The position numbers and the translations under genes are program-made. A stretch of DNA of 64,000 nt. It comes from Eimeria praecox (Eukaryota). A model generated the notes under the pieces. The model saw only the letters and a list, made by a program, of their open reading frames with translations, did not search any database and had not been told where the DNA came from. Shown here piece after piece: positions 1-13,500 of this stretch (position 1 is the first letter of the stretch; the number at the start of each line of letters is the position of its first letter). The stretch lies in assembly GCA_963920595.1 (NCBI GenBank), contig OY986949.1:3348001-3412000 (forward strand). The letters are read 5' to 3'.

Positions 1-3000
1 TCTCTGCATTCCCCACAACCCGCTATGCCCTTATCCTCTTAGGCTGCAGCCTACAAACACACACTGTAGCGTTCTGCGCCACGACTGTTTGCCAAGCAGG
101 CCTTCCTCCCATTGCAAAACGATGTTGCTCGCATCAGGCTCTCCTCTGAACCTACTAAACGCAAACATACGCCAACAACACACTCACCACGAAGATGCTC
201 TGCCTCTCTGATGCCCGTCCCAAAAGAAAACAATCCATCGCTACTACAAACCGTAACCGCCATGCACGCCACCTCTCCTAAACCCAAACTCAACAAGATC
301 TGCTCCCCCCCTCCCACCAATCTCCTCATCCCACCCACGCCCACTGACCACCCATTCGACCTCCTCCCAAACCTCCCAAGGCCTACGAACATCTTGACAG
401 ACACAAATCTGCTCACTTCCCTCTGCCGGCGCATGCTCTCTCTAACACCCTAACGCACGTGCCTCTCCTGCCAAGGTAGAAGGGCCATGACGCGCGTGTG
501 ACGAACTTCCTGCTCATCCAACGAACTTCATTGCATCCATAAACGCCGGTATGCACACACTGCCTAATAACCCATCTTCATGCGCCGCACACACCACCAC
601 ATGCACACAACTAGCCTCGGCTCGGCCATTCACTTCGTCGCCTCCCTCCATATTTGCTCATCTGCTCCTACCAATGTCATCAACACACCAATATACAAAA
701 CGCAGCAGTCCGCATGCGGTTGCTCCTGGGAAGGCAAACGTCCTTCCTACCCCACACTCATTTACAAGCACGCAGCAGGCCTTCGCCTCATGCCTCCTCT
801 GAATGCCCTCGCCAACCGCAACCTCACCTACCCACGGCCAAGCAACCCTCCACCACCCACCAAGCCCAGCCACTTACTCAACACCCCTCCGAAATCCTTT
901 ACATACGTTGCGTTCCACACCGCTCCTGTAATCCCCCCTGCCGCCTCTACCAGCCAACAGAAATGCAACCGCGAAAATCTGGAACCACAAAGTGATAACT
1001 AATGTGCATGCTCACGAAGCAGCAAAGACACATCCAGCACCCAAAAAACCGAAACACCGCACTGCACAGCACCGATGCATGCAACACCTCCTACCAAACA
1101 GCTAAGAACGTCTCCTACCAAAGCCCCAACCACCCAAAACCAAAGCCCCAAACACCAACACATCTAACTGCATCCATATCACCCTAACCCTCCACACATA
1201 CCCTACAAGTATGCAAGATAACCCAACCCATACAATACCCCTCACACACTCTCTGTATTCCCAGCAACCCCGCTATGCCCTTATCCTCTTAGGCTGCAGC
1301 CTACAAACACACACTGTAGCGTTCTGCGCCACGACTGTTTGCCAAGCAGGCCTTCCTCCCATTGCAAAACGATGTTGCTCGCATCAGGCTCTCCTCTGAA
1401 CCTACTAAACGCAAACATACGCCAACAACACACTCACCACGAAGATGCTCTGCCTCTCTGATGCCCGTCCCAAAAGAAAACAATCCATCGCTACTACAAG
1501 CCGTAACCGCCATGCACGCCACCTCTCCTAAACCCAAACTCAACAACATCTGCTCCCCCCCTCCCACCAATCTCCTCATCCCACCCACGCCCACTGACCA
1601 CCCATTCGACCTCCTCCCAAACCTCCCAAGGCGTACGAACATCTTGACAGACACAAATCTGCTCACTGCCCTCTGCCGGCGCATGCTCTCTCTAACACCC
1701 TAACGCACGTGCCTCTCCTGCCAAGGTAGAAGGGCCATGACGCGCGTGTGACGAACTTCCTGCTCATCCAACGAACTTCATTGCATCCATAAACGCCGGT
1801 ATGCACACACTGCCTAATAACCCATCTTCATGCGCCGCACACACCACCACATGCACACAACTAGCCTCGGCTCGGCCATTCACTTCGTCGCCTCCCTCCA
1901 TATTTGCTCATCTGCTCCTACCAATGTCATCAACACACCAATATACAAAACGCAGCAGTCCGCATGCGGTTGCTCCTGGGAAGGCAAACGTCCTTCCTAC
2001 CCCACACTCATTTACAAGCACGCAGCAGGCCTTCGCCTCATGCCTCCTCTGAATGCCCTCGCCAACCGCAACCTCACCTACCCACGGCCAAGCAACCCTC
2101 CACCACCCACCAAGCCCAGCCACTTACTCAACACCCCTCCGAAATCCTTTACATACGTTGCGTTCCACACCGCTCCTGTAATCCCCCCTGCCGCCTCTAC
2201 CAGCCAACAGAAATGCAACCGCGAAAATCTGGAACCACAAAGTGATAACTAATGTGCATGCTCACGAAGCAGCAAAGACACATCCAGCACCCAAAAAACC
2301 GAAACACCGCACTGCACAGCATCGATGCATGCAACACCTCCTACCAAACAGCTAAGAACGTCTCCTACCAAAGCCCCAACCACCCAAAACCAAAGCCCCA
2401 AACACCAACACATCTAGCTGCATCCATATCATCCTAACCCTCCACACATGCCCAACAAGTATGCAAGTTAACCCAACCCATACAATACCCCTCACACACT
2501 CTCTGTATTCCCAGCAACCCCGCTATGCCCTTATCCTCTTAGGCTGCAGCCTACAAACACACACTGTAGCGTTCTGCGCCACGACTGTTTGCCAAACAGG
2601 CCTTCCTCCCATTGCAAAACGGCGTTGCTCGCATCAGGCTCTCCTCTGAACCTACTAAACGCAAACATACGCCAACAACACACTCACCACGAAGATGCTC
2701 TGCCTCTCTGATGCCCGTCCCAAAAGAAAACAATCCATCGCTACTACAAGCCGTAACCGCCATGCACGCCACCTCTCCTAAACCCAAACTCAACAACATC
2801 TGCTCCCCCCCTCCCACCAATCTCCTCATCCCACCCACGCCCACTGACCACCCATTCGACCTCCTCCCAAACCTCCCAAGGCGTACGAACATCTTGACAG
2901 ACACAAATCTGCTCACTGCCCTCTGCCGGCGCATGCTCTCTCTAACACCCTAACGCACGTGCCTCTCCTGCCAAGGTAGAAGGGCCATGACGCGCGTGTG

Positions 3001-4390
3001 ACGAACTTCCTGCTCATCCAACGAACTTCATTGCATCCATAAACGCCGGTATGCACACACTGCCTAATAACCCATCTTCATGCGCCGCACACACCACCAC
3101 ATGCACACAACTAGCCTCGGCTCGGCCATTCACTTCGTCGCCTCCCTCCATATTTGCTCATCTGCTCCTACCAATGTCATCAACACACCAATATACAAAA
3201 CGCAGCAGTCCGCATGCGGTTGCTCCTGGGAAGGCAAACGTCCTTCCTACCCCACACTCATTTACAAGCACGCAGCAGGCCTTCGCCTCATGCCTCCTCT
3301 GAATGCCCTCGCCAACCGCAACCTCACCTACCCACGGCCAAGCAACCCTCCACCACCCACCAAGCCCAGCCACTTACTCAACACCCCTCCGAAATCCTTT
3401 ACATACGTTGCGTTCCACACCGCTCCTGTAATCCCCCCTGCCGCCTCTACCAGCCAACAGAAATGCAACCGCGAAAATCTGGAACCACAAAGTGATAACT
3501 AATGTGCATGCTCACGAAGCAGCAAAGACACATCCAGCACCCAAAAAACCGAAACACCGCACTGCACAGCACCGATGCATGCAACACCTCCTACCAAACA
3601 GCTAAGAACGTCTCCTACCAAAGCCCCAACCACCCAAAACCAAAGCCCCAAACACCAACACATCTAGCTGCATCCATATCATCCTAACCCTCCACACATG
3701 CCCAACAAGTATGCAAGATAACCCAACCCATACAATACCCCTCACACACTCTCTGTATTCCCAGCAACCCCTCTATGCCCTTATCCTCTTAGGCTGCAGC
3801 CTACAAACACACACTCTAACGTTCTGCACCACGCCAATTTGCCAAACAGGCCTTCCTCCCATTGCAAAACGGCGTTGTTCGCATTAGGCTCTCCTCTGAA
3901 CCTACTAAACGCAAACATACGCCAACAACACACTCACCACGAAGATGCTCTGCCTCTCTGATGCCCGTCCCAAAAGAAAACAATCCATCGCTACTACAAA
4001 CCGTAACCGCCATGCATGCCACCTCTCCTAAACCCAAACTCAACAACATCTGCTCCCCCCCTCCCACCAATCTCCTCATCCCACCCACGCCCACTGACCA
4101 CCCATTCGACCTCCTCCCAAACCTCCCAAGGCCTACGAACATCTTGACAGACACAAATCTGCTCACTGCCCTCTGCCGGCGCATGCTCTCTCTAGCACCC
4201 TAACGCACGTGCCTCTCCTGCCAAGGTAGAAGGGCCATGACGCGCGTGTGACGAAACGCCCTGGGCCATTCAGCGAACTTCATTGCATCCGTAAACGCCG
4301 GCATGCACACACAGTCTAATAACCCATCTTCACGCGCCGCACACACCACCACATGCACACAACTAGCCTCGCCTCGGCCATTCACTTTGT
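1..4390. repeat. 1250-bp tandem satellite, about 3.5 copies, runs off the left edge of the window
   Basis: Near-identical sequence and ORFs recur at exact 1250-bp steps (112/1362/2612/3862; 551/1801/3051). The + strand is strongly C/A-rich and G-poor. The last partial copy diverges after about 4250. Confidence 0.97.
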
Positions 4391-4504
4391 CGCTACCCTC
4401 GACCTGTGCGCGCCCGCTCTGCCTCTCCTTCAGCCCTAACCCAACCTTGGGTAGGGGAGAGAAGTTCTACTGCATGACAGTAGCCCGTCTATTGCAGTTA
4501 TATC

Positions 4505-7500
4505 GCCGACCCCGTAAACCCACTGTCCCCTGCCTTCACAAACTCCCCATCTTCCACTCCACTCGCAGATCTTCCCTCAAGGCCCCAATTGAAGCCCCCA
4601 TCCTATCAGCACTCAACACACGCAGCATAGATAGCCCCACCCACAGCCTCCTGGAAACAGACCAACCACCCTTCCCACGCCACACCATCTACAAACACAT
4701 ACCGGGAAGCCACCTGCCCCCTCTGCAACCCTTCCAAAATGTCGGCATCTCCCAGCCACCCAACAAACTCACGAGCCCATCTTAAACACAGAACAACCAT
4801 GCGCCCTCAATGCCCTCCACGCCTCTCATGCGTGCTCAGTCTACACCCAATCCCAAACACGCGCACGCGCTGCCAGAGACAGCCATCACACTGTGCTGCT
4901 ATGCCCTCTCAACATTATCGCATTAGCCCAATCCCCCTACCTTTAAACTAGCGAATGCAAACCCCATGCCCACACACTAAACACACACGCATGCTTACCT
5001 CCTATATGCACAAAAAAACACACACTAACTAAGCCATCACTGCACAAATTCGCCGCCATGCATGCCACCCTTCCTAGCCTGAACGCACGCGCAAACCTCG
5101 CGCTCTGTCGCCAACCCGTCAGCACGCCCAAGATTCCTGCCCACAACTTCTGCCTATGGAACAGAGACGGGCCCACGCACAGCCTCCTGGAAACACACAA
5201 ACCACCCTATCCACGCCACACCATCTACAAACACATACCGGGAAGCCACCTGCCCCCTCTGCAACCCTTCCAAAATGTCGGCATCTCCCAACCACCCAAC
5301 AAACTCACACGCCCATCTCAAACACAGAACAACCATGCGCCCTCAATGCCCTCCACGCCTCTCATGCGTGCTCAGTCTACACCCAATCGCAAACACGCAC
5401 ATGCGCTGCCACAGACAGCCATCACACTGTGCTGCTATGCCCTCTCAACATTATCGCATTAGCCCAATCCCCCTCCCTTTAAACTAGCGAATGCAAACCT
5501 ACGCCCACACACTAAACACACGCGCATGCTTACCTCCTATATGCACAACAAAACACACACTAACTAAACCATCACTGCACAAATTCGCCGCCATGCATGC
5601 CACCCTGCCTAGCCTGAACGCACGCGTAAACCTCGCGCTCTGTCGCCAACCCGTCAGCACGCCCAAGATTCCTGCCCACAACTTCTGCCTATGGAACAGA
5701 GATAGCCCCACCCACAGCCTCCTGGAAACAGACCAACCACCCTTCCCACGCCACACCATCTACAAACACATACCGGGAAGCCACCTGCCCCCTCTGCAAC
5801 CCTTCCAAAATGTCGGCATCTCCCAGCCACCCAACAAACTCACGAGCCCATCTTAAACACAGAACAACCATGCGCCCTCAATGCCCTCCACGCCTCTCAT
5901 GCGTGCTCAGTCTACACCCAATCCCAAACACGCGCACGCGCTGCCAGAGACAGCCATCACACTGTGCTGCTATGCCCTCTCAACATTATCGCATTAGCCC
6001 AATCCCCCTACCTTTAAACTAGCGAATGCAAACCCCATGCCCACACACTAAACACACACGCATGCTTACCTCCTATATGCACAAAAAAACACACACTAAC
6101 TAAGCCATCACTGCACAAATTCGCCGCCATGCATGCCACCCTTCCTAGCCTGAACGCACGCGCAAACCTCGCGCTCTGTCGCCAACCCGTCAGCACGCCC
6201 AAGATTCCTGCCCACAACTTCTGCCTATGGAACAGAGACGGGCCCACGCACAGCCTCCTGGAAACACACAAACCACCCTATCCACGCCACACCATCTACA
6301 AACACATACCGGGAAGCCACCTGCCCCCTCTGCAACCCTTCCAAAATGTCGGCATCTCCCAACCACCCAACAAACTCACACGCCCATCTCAAACACAGAA
6401 CAACCATGCGCCCTCAATGCCCTCCACGCCTCTCATGCGTGCTCAGTCTACACCCAATCGCAAACACGCACATGCGCTGCCACAGACAGCCATCACACTG
6501 TGCTGCTATGCCCTCTCAACATTATCGCATTAGCCCAATCCCCCTCCCTTTAAACTAGCGAATGCAAACCTACGCCCACACACTAAACACACGCGCATGC
6601 TTACCTCCTATATGCACAACAAAACACACACTAACTAAACCATCACTGCACAAATTCGCCGCCATGCATGCCACCCTGCCTAGCCTGAACGCACGCGTAA
6701 ACCTCGCGCTCTGTCGCCAACCCGTCAGCACGCCCAAGATTCCTGCCCACAACTTCTGCCTATGGAACAGAGATAGCCCCACCCACAGCCTCCTGGAAAC
6801 ACACAAACCACCCTATCCACGCCACACCATCTACAAACACATACCGGGAAGCCACCTGCCCCCTCTGCAACCGTCCCAAAATGTCGGCATCTCCCAGCCA
6901 CCCAACAAACTCACGAGCCCATCTTAAACACAGAACAACCATGCGCCCTCAATGCCCTCCACGCCTCTCATGCGTGCTCAGTCTACACCCAATCGCAAAC
7001 ACGCGCACGCGCTGCCAGAGACAGCAATCACACTGTGCCGCGCAGCCCTCTCAGCGTTATTGCATCATCCGAATCCCCCTTCTTTAAATCATCGCATGCA
7101 AACCTACGCCCACACACTAAACACACACGCATGCTTACCTCCTATATGCACAAAAAAACACACACTAACTAAGCCATCACTGCACAAATTCGCCGCCATG
7201 AATGCCACCCTGCCTAGCCTGAACGCACGCGTAAACCTCCCGCTCCGTCGCCAACACGTCAGCACGCCCAAGATTCCTGCCCACAACTTCTGCCTATGGA
7301 ACAGAGATAGCCCCACCCACAGCCTCCTGGAAACACACAAACCACCCTATCCACGCCACACCATCTACAAACACATACCGGGAAGCCACCTGCCCCCTCT
7401 GCAACCGTTCCAAAATGTCGGCATCTCCCAACCACCCAACAAACTCACACGCCCATCTCAAACACAGAACAACCATGCGCCCTCAATGCCCTGCACGCCT

Positions 7501-10500
7501 CTCATGCGTGCTCGGTCTACACCCAATCCCAAGCACGCGCACGCGCTGCCAGAGACAGCCATCACACTGTGCTGCTATGCCCTCTCAACATCATCGCATT
7601 AGCCCAATCCCCCTACCTTTAAACTAGCGAATGCAAACCTACGCCCACACACTAAACACACACGCATGCTTACCTCCTATATGCACAACAAAACACACAC
7701 TAACTAAGCCATCACTGCACAACTTCGCCGCCATGAATGCCACCCTGCCTTGCCTGAACGCATGCGCAAACCTCGCGCTCTATCGCCAACCCGTCAGCAC
7801 GCCCAAGATTCCTGCCCACAACTTCTGCCTATGGAACAGAGATAGCCCCACCCACAGCCTCCTGGAAACAGACCAACCACCCTTCCCACGCCACACCATC
7901 TACAAACACATACCGGGAAGCCACCTGCCCCCTCTGCAACCCTTCCAAAATGTCGGCATCTCCCAGCCACCCAACAAACTCACACGCCCATCTCAAACAC
8001 ATAACAACCATGCGCCCTCAATGCCCTCCACGCCTCTCATGCGTGCTCGGTCTACACCCAATCCCAAGCACGCGCACGCGCTGCCAGAGACAGCCATCAC
8101 ACTGTGCTGCTATGCCCTCTCAACATCATCGCATTAGCCCAATCCCCCATCCTTTAAACTAGCGAATGCAAACCCATGCCCACACACTAAACACACGCGC
8201 ATGCTTACCTCCTATATGCACAACAAAACACACACTAACTAAACCATCACTGCACAAATTCGCCGCCATGCATGCCACCCTGCCTAGCCTGAACGCACGC
8301 GTAAACCTCGCGCTCTGTCGCCAACCCGTCAGCACGCCCAAGATTCCTGCCCACAACTTCTGCCTATGGAACAGAGATAGCCCCACCCACAGCCTCCTGG
8401 AAACACACAAACCACCCTATCCACGCCACACCATCTACAAACACATACCGGGAAGCCACCTGCCCCCTCTGCAACCGTCCCAAAATGTCGGCATCTCCCA
8501 GCCACCCAACAAACTCACGAGCCCATCTTAAACACAGAACAACCATGCGCCCTCAATGCCCTCCACGCCTCTCATGCGTGCTCAGTCTACACCCAATCGC
8601 AAACACGCGCACGCGCTGCCAGAGACAGCAATCACACTGTGCCGCGCAGCCCTCTCAGCGTTATTGCATCATCCGAATCCCCCTTCTTTAAATCATCGCA
8701 TGCAAACCTACGCCCACACACTAAACACACACGCATGCTTACCTCCTATATGCACAAAAAAACACACACTAACTAAGCCATCACTGCACAAATTCGCCGC
8801 CATGAATGCCACCCTGCCTAGCCTGAACGCACGCGTAAACCTCCCCCTCCGTCGCCAACCCGTCAGCACGCCCAAGATTCCTGCCCACAACTTCTGCCTA
8901 TGGAACAGAGATAGCCCCACCCACAGCCTCCTGGAAACAGACCAACCACCCTTCCCACGCCACACCATCTACAAACACATACCGGGAAGCCACCTGCCCC
9001 CTCTGCAACTCTTCCAAAATGTCGGCATCTCCCAGCCACCCAACAAACTCACACGCCCATCTCAAACACATAACAACCATGCGCCCTCAATGCCCTCCAC
9101 GCCTCTCATGCGTGCTCGGTCTACACCCAATCCCAAGCACGCGCACGCGCTGCCAGAGACAGCCATCACACTGTGCTGCTATGCCCTCTCAACATCATCG
9201 CATTAGCCCAATCCCCCTGCCTTTAAACTAGCGAATGCAAACCTACGCCCACACACTAAACACACGCGCATGCTTACCTCCTATATGCACAACAAAACAC
9301 ACACTAACTAAGCCATCACTGCACAAATTCGCCGCCATGAATGCCACCCTGCCTAGCCTGAACGCATGCGCAAACCTCGCGCTCTATCGCCAACCCGTCA
9401 GCACGCCCAAGATTCCTGCCCACAACTTCTGCCTATCCCACAGACTGAGAACTCTAACAAATCTGCCAAGAACCACAACTCTCAAAAACCCTTCCCAGAC
9501 GCGCAGGCAGCCCCTAATCCATCTTACCGCACACGCCCCTCCAGCTCACAGTTGACTCAAGCACCTCAGTGACGCACTTCCTGCACACCCAACCAACCTC
9601 CTCACTACCGCACATTCGTACAACCACGCACAGGTATAAGGCCCTCAACGTAGACCCACAGTCCCCTACCTCCACAAACTCACCATCCTCCACTCCATTC
9701 GCCGATCCTCACTCACGGCGCCAATTGATACCCCCATCCTATCAGCACGCAACATATGGAACATGGATAGCCCCACCCACAGCCTCCTGGAAACACACAA
9801 ACCACCCTATCCACGCCACACCATCTACAAACACATACCGGGAAGCCACCTGCCCCCTCTGCAACCCTTCCAAAATGTCGGCATCTCCCAGCAACCCAAC
9901 AAACTCACGAGCCCATCTTAAGCACAGAACAACCATGTGCCCTCAATGCCCTCCACGCCTCTCATGCGAGCTCAGTCTACTTCCAATGGCAAACACGCAC
10001 ATGTGCTGCCACAGACAGCCATCACACTGTGCTGCTATGCCCTCTCAACATTATCGCATTAGCCCAATCCCCCTCCCTTTAAACTAGCGAATGCAAACCT
10101 ACGCCCACACACTAAACACACGCGCATGCTTACCTCCTATATGCACAAAAAAACACACACTAACTAAACCATCACTGCACAAATTCGCCACCATGCATGC
10201 CACCCTGCCTTGCCTGAACGCGTGCGCAAACCTCGCGCTCTGTCGCCAACCCGTCAGCAAGCCCACGATTCCTGCCCACAACTTCTGCCTATTTCACAGA
10301 CTGAGAACTCTAACAAATCTGCCAAGAACCACAACTCTCAAAAACCCTTCCCAGACGCGCAGGCAGCCCCTAATCCATCTTACCGCACACGCCCCTCCAG
10401 CTCACTGTTGACTCAAGCACCTCAGTGACGCACTTCCTGCACACCCAACCAACCTCCTCACTACCGCACATTCGTACAACCACGCACAGGTATAAGGCCG

Positions 10501-13500
10501 ACAACGTAAACCCACAGTCCCCTACCTCCACAAACTCACCATCCTCCACTCCATTCGCCGATCCTCACTCACGGCGCCAATTGATACCCCCATCCTATCA
10601 GCACGCAACATATGGAACATGGATAGCCCCACCCACAGCCTCCTGGAAACACACAAACCACCCTATCCACGCCACACCTTCTACAAACACATACCGGGAA
10701 GCCATCTGCCCCCTCTGCAACCCTTCCAAAATGTCGGCATCTCCCAGCCACCCAACAAACTCACGAGCCCATCTTACACACAGAACAACCATGTGCCCTC
10801 AATGCCCTCCACGCCTCTCATGCGTGCTCAGTCTACACCCAATCCCAAACACGCACATGCGCTGCCAGAGACAGCCATCACACTGTGCTGCTATGCCCTC
10901 TCAACATTATCGCATTAGCAAAATCCCCCTCCCTTTAAACTAGCGAATGCAAACCTACGCCCACACACTAAACACACACGCATGCTTACCTCCTATATGC
11001 ACAACACAACACACACTAACTAAACCATCACTGCACAAATTCGCCGCCATGCATGCCACCCTGCCTTGCCTGAACGCGTGCGCAAACCTCGCGCTCTGTC
11101 GCCAACCTGTCAGCAAGCCCACGATTCCTGCCCACAACTTCTGCCTATTTCACAGACTGAGAACTCTAACAAATCTGCCAAGAACCACAACTCTCAAAAA
11201 CCCTTCCCAGACGCGCAGGCAGCCCCTACTCCATCTTACCGCATACGCCCCTCCAGCTCACTGTTGACTCAAGCACCTCAGTGACGCACTTCCTGCACAC
11301 CCAACCAACCTCCTCACTACCGCACATTCGTACAACCACGCACAGGTATAAGGCCGACAACGTACACCCACAGTCCCCTACCTCCACAAACTCACCATCC
11401 TCCACTCCATTCGCCGATCCTCACTCACGGCGCCAATTGATACCCCCATCCTATCAGCACTCAACATATGGAACATGGATAGCCCCACCCACAGCCTCCT
11501 GGAAACACACAAACCACCCTATCCACGCCACACCATCTACAAACACATACCGGGAAGCCACCTGCCCCCTCTGCAGCCGTTCCAAAATGTCGGCATCTCC
11601 CAGCCACCCAACAAACTCACGAGCCCATCTTAAACACAGAACAACCATGCGCCCTCAATGCCCTCCACGCCTCTCATGCGTGCTCAGTCTACACCCAATC
11701 CCAAACACGCGCACGCGCTGCCAGAGACAGCAATCACACTGTGCCGCGCAGCCCTCTCAGCGTTATTGCATCATCCGAATCCCCCTTCTTTAAATCATCG
11801 CATGCAAACCTACGCCCACACACTAAACACACACGCATGCTTACCTCCTATATGCACAAAAAAGCACACACTAACTAAGCCATCACTGCACAAATTCGCC
11901 GCCATGAATGCCACCCTGCCTAGCCTGAACGCACGCGTAAACCTCCCGCTCCGTCGCCAACACGTCAGCACGCCCAAGATTCCTGCCCACAACTTCTGCC
12001 TATGGAACAGAGATAGCCCCACCCACAGCCTCCTGGAAACACACAAACCACCCTATCCACGCCACACCATCTACAAACACATACCGGGAAGCCACCTGCC
12101 CCCTCTGCAACCGTTCCAAAATGTCGGCATCTCCCAACCACCCAACAAACTCACACGCCCATCTCAAACACAGAACAACCATGCGCCCTCAATGCCCTCC
12201 ACGCCTCTCATGCGTGCTCGGTCTACACCCAATCCCAAACACGCGCACGCGCTGCCAGAGACAGCCATCACACTGTGCTGCTATGCCCTCTCAACATCAT
12301 CGCATTAGCCCAATCCCCCTACCTTTAAACTAGCGAATGCAAACCTACGCCCACACACTAAACACACACGCATGCTTACCTCCTATATGCACAACAAAAC
12401 ACACACTAACTAAGCCATCACTGCACAAATTCGCCGCCATGCATGCCACCCTGCCTTGCCTGAACGCATGCGCAAACCTCGCGCTCTATCGCCAACCCGT
12501 CAGCACGCCCAAGATTCCTGCCCACAACTTCTGCCTATGGAACAGAGATAGCCCCACCCACAGCCTCCTGGAAGCAGACCAACCACCCTTCCCACGCCAC
12601 ACCATCTACAAACACATACCGGGAAGCCATCTGCCCCCTCTGCAACCCTTCCAAAATGTCGGCATCTCCCAGCAACCCAACAAACTCACGAGCCCATCTT
12701 AAACACAGAACAACCATGCGCCCTCAATGCCCTCCACGCCTCTCATGCGTGCTCAGTCTACACCCAATCCCAAACACGCGCACGCGCTGCCAGAGACAGC
12801 CATCACACTGTGCTGCTATGCCCTCTCCACATTATCGCATTAGCCCAATCCCCCTACCTTTAAACTAGCGAATGCAAACCCCATGCCCACACACTAAACA
12901 CACACGCATGCTTACCTCCTATATGCACAAAAAAACACACACTAACTAAGCCATCACTGCACAAATTCGCCGCCATGCATGCCACCCTTCCTAGCCTGAA
13001 CGCACGCGCAAACCTCGCGCTCTGTCGCCAACCCGTCAGCACGCCCAAGATTCCTGCCCACAACTTCTGCCTATGGAACAGAGACGGGCCCACGCACAGC
13101 CTCCTGGAAACACACAAACCACCCTATCCACGCCACACCATCTACAAACACATACCGGGAAGCCACCTGCCCCCTCTGCAACCCTTCCAAAATGTCGGCA
13201 TCTCCCAACCACCCAACAAACTCACACGCCCATCTCAAACACAGAACAACCATGCGCCCTCAATGCCCTCCACTCCTCTCATGCGTGCTCAGTCTACACC
13301 CAATCGCAAACACGCACATGCGCTGCCACAGACAGCCATCACACTGTGCTGCTATGCCCTCTCAACATTATCGCATTAGCCCAATCCCCCTCCCTTTAAA
13401 CTAGCGAATGCAAACCTACGCCCACACACTAAACACACGCGCATGCTTACCTCCTATATGCACAACAAAACACACACTAACTAAACCATCACTGCACAAA

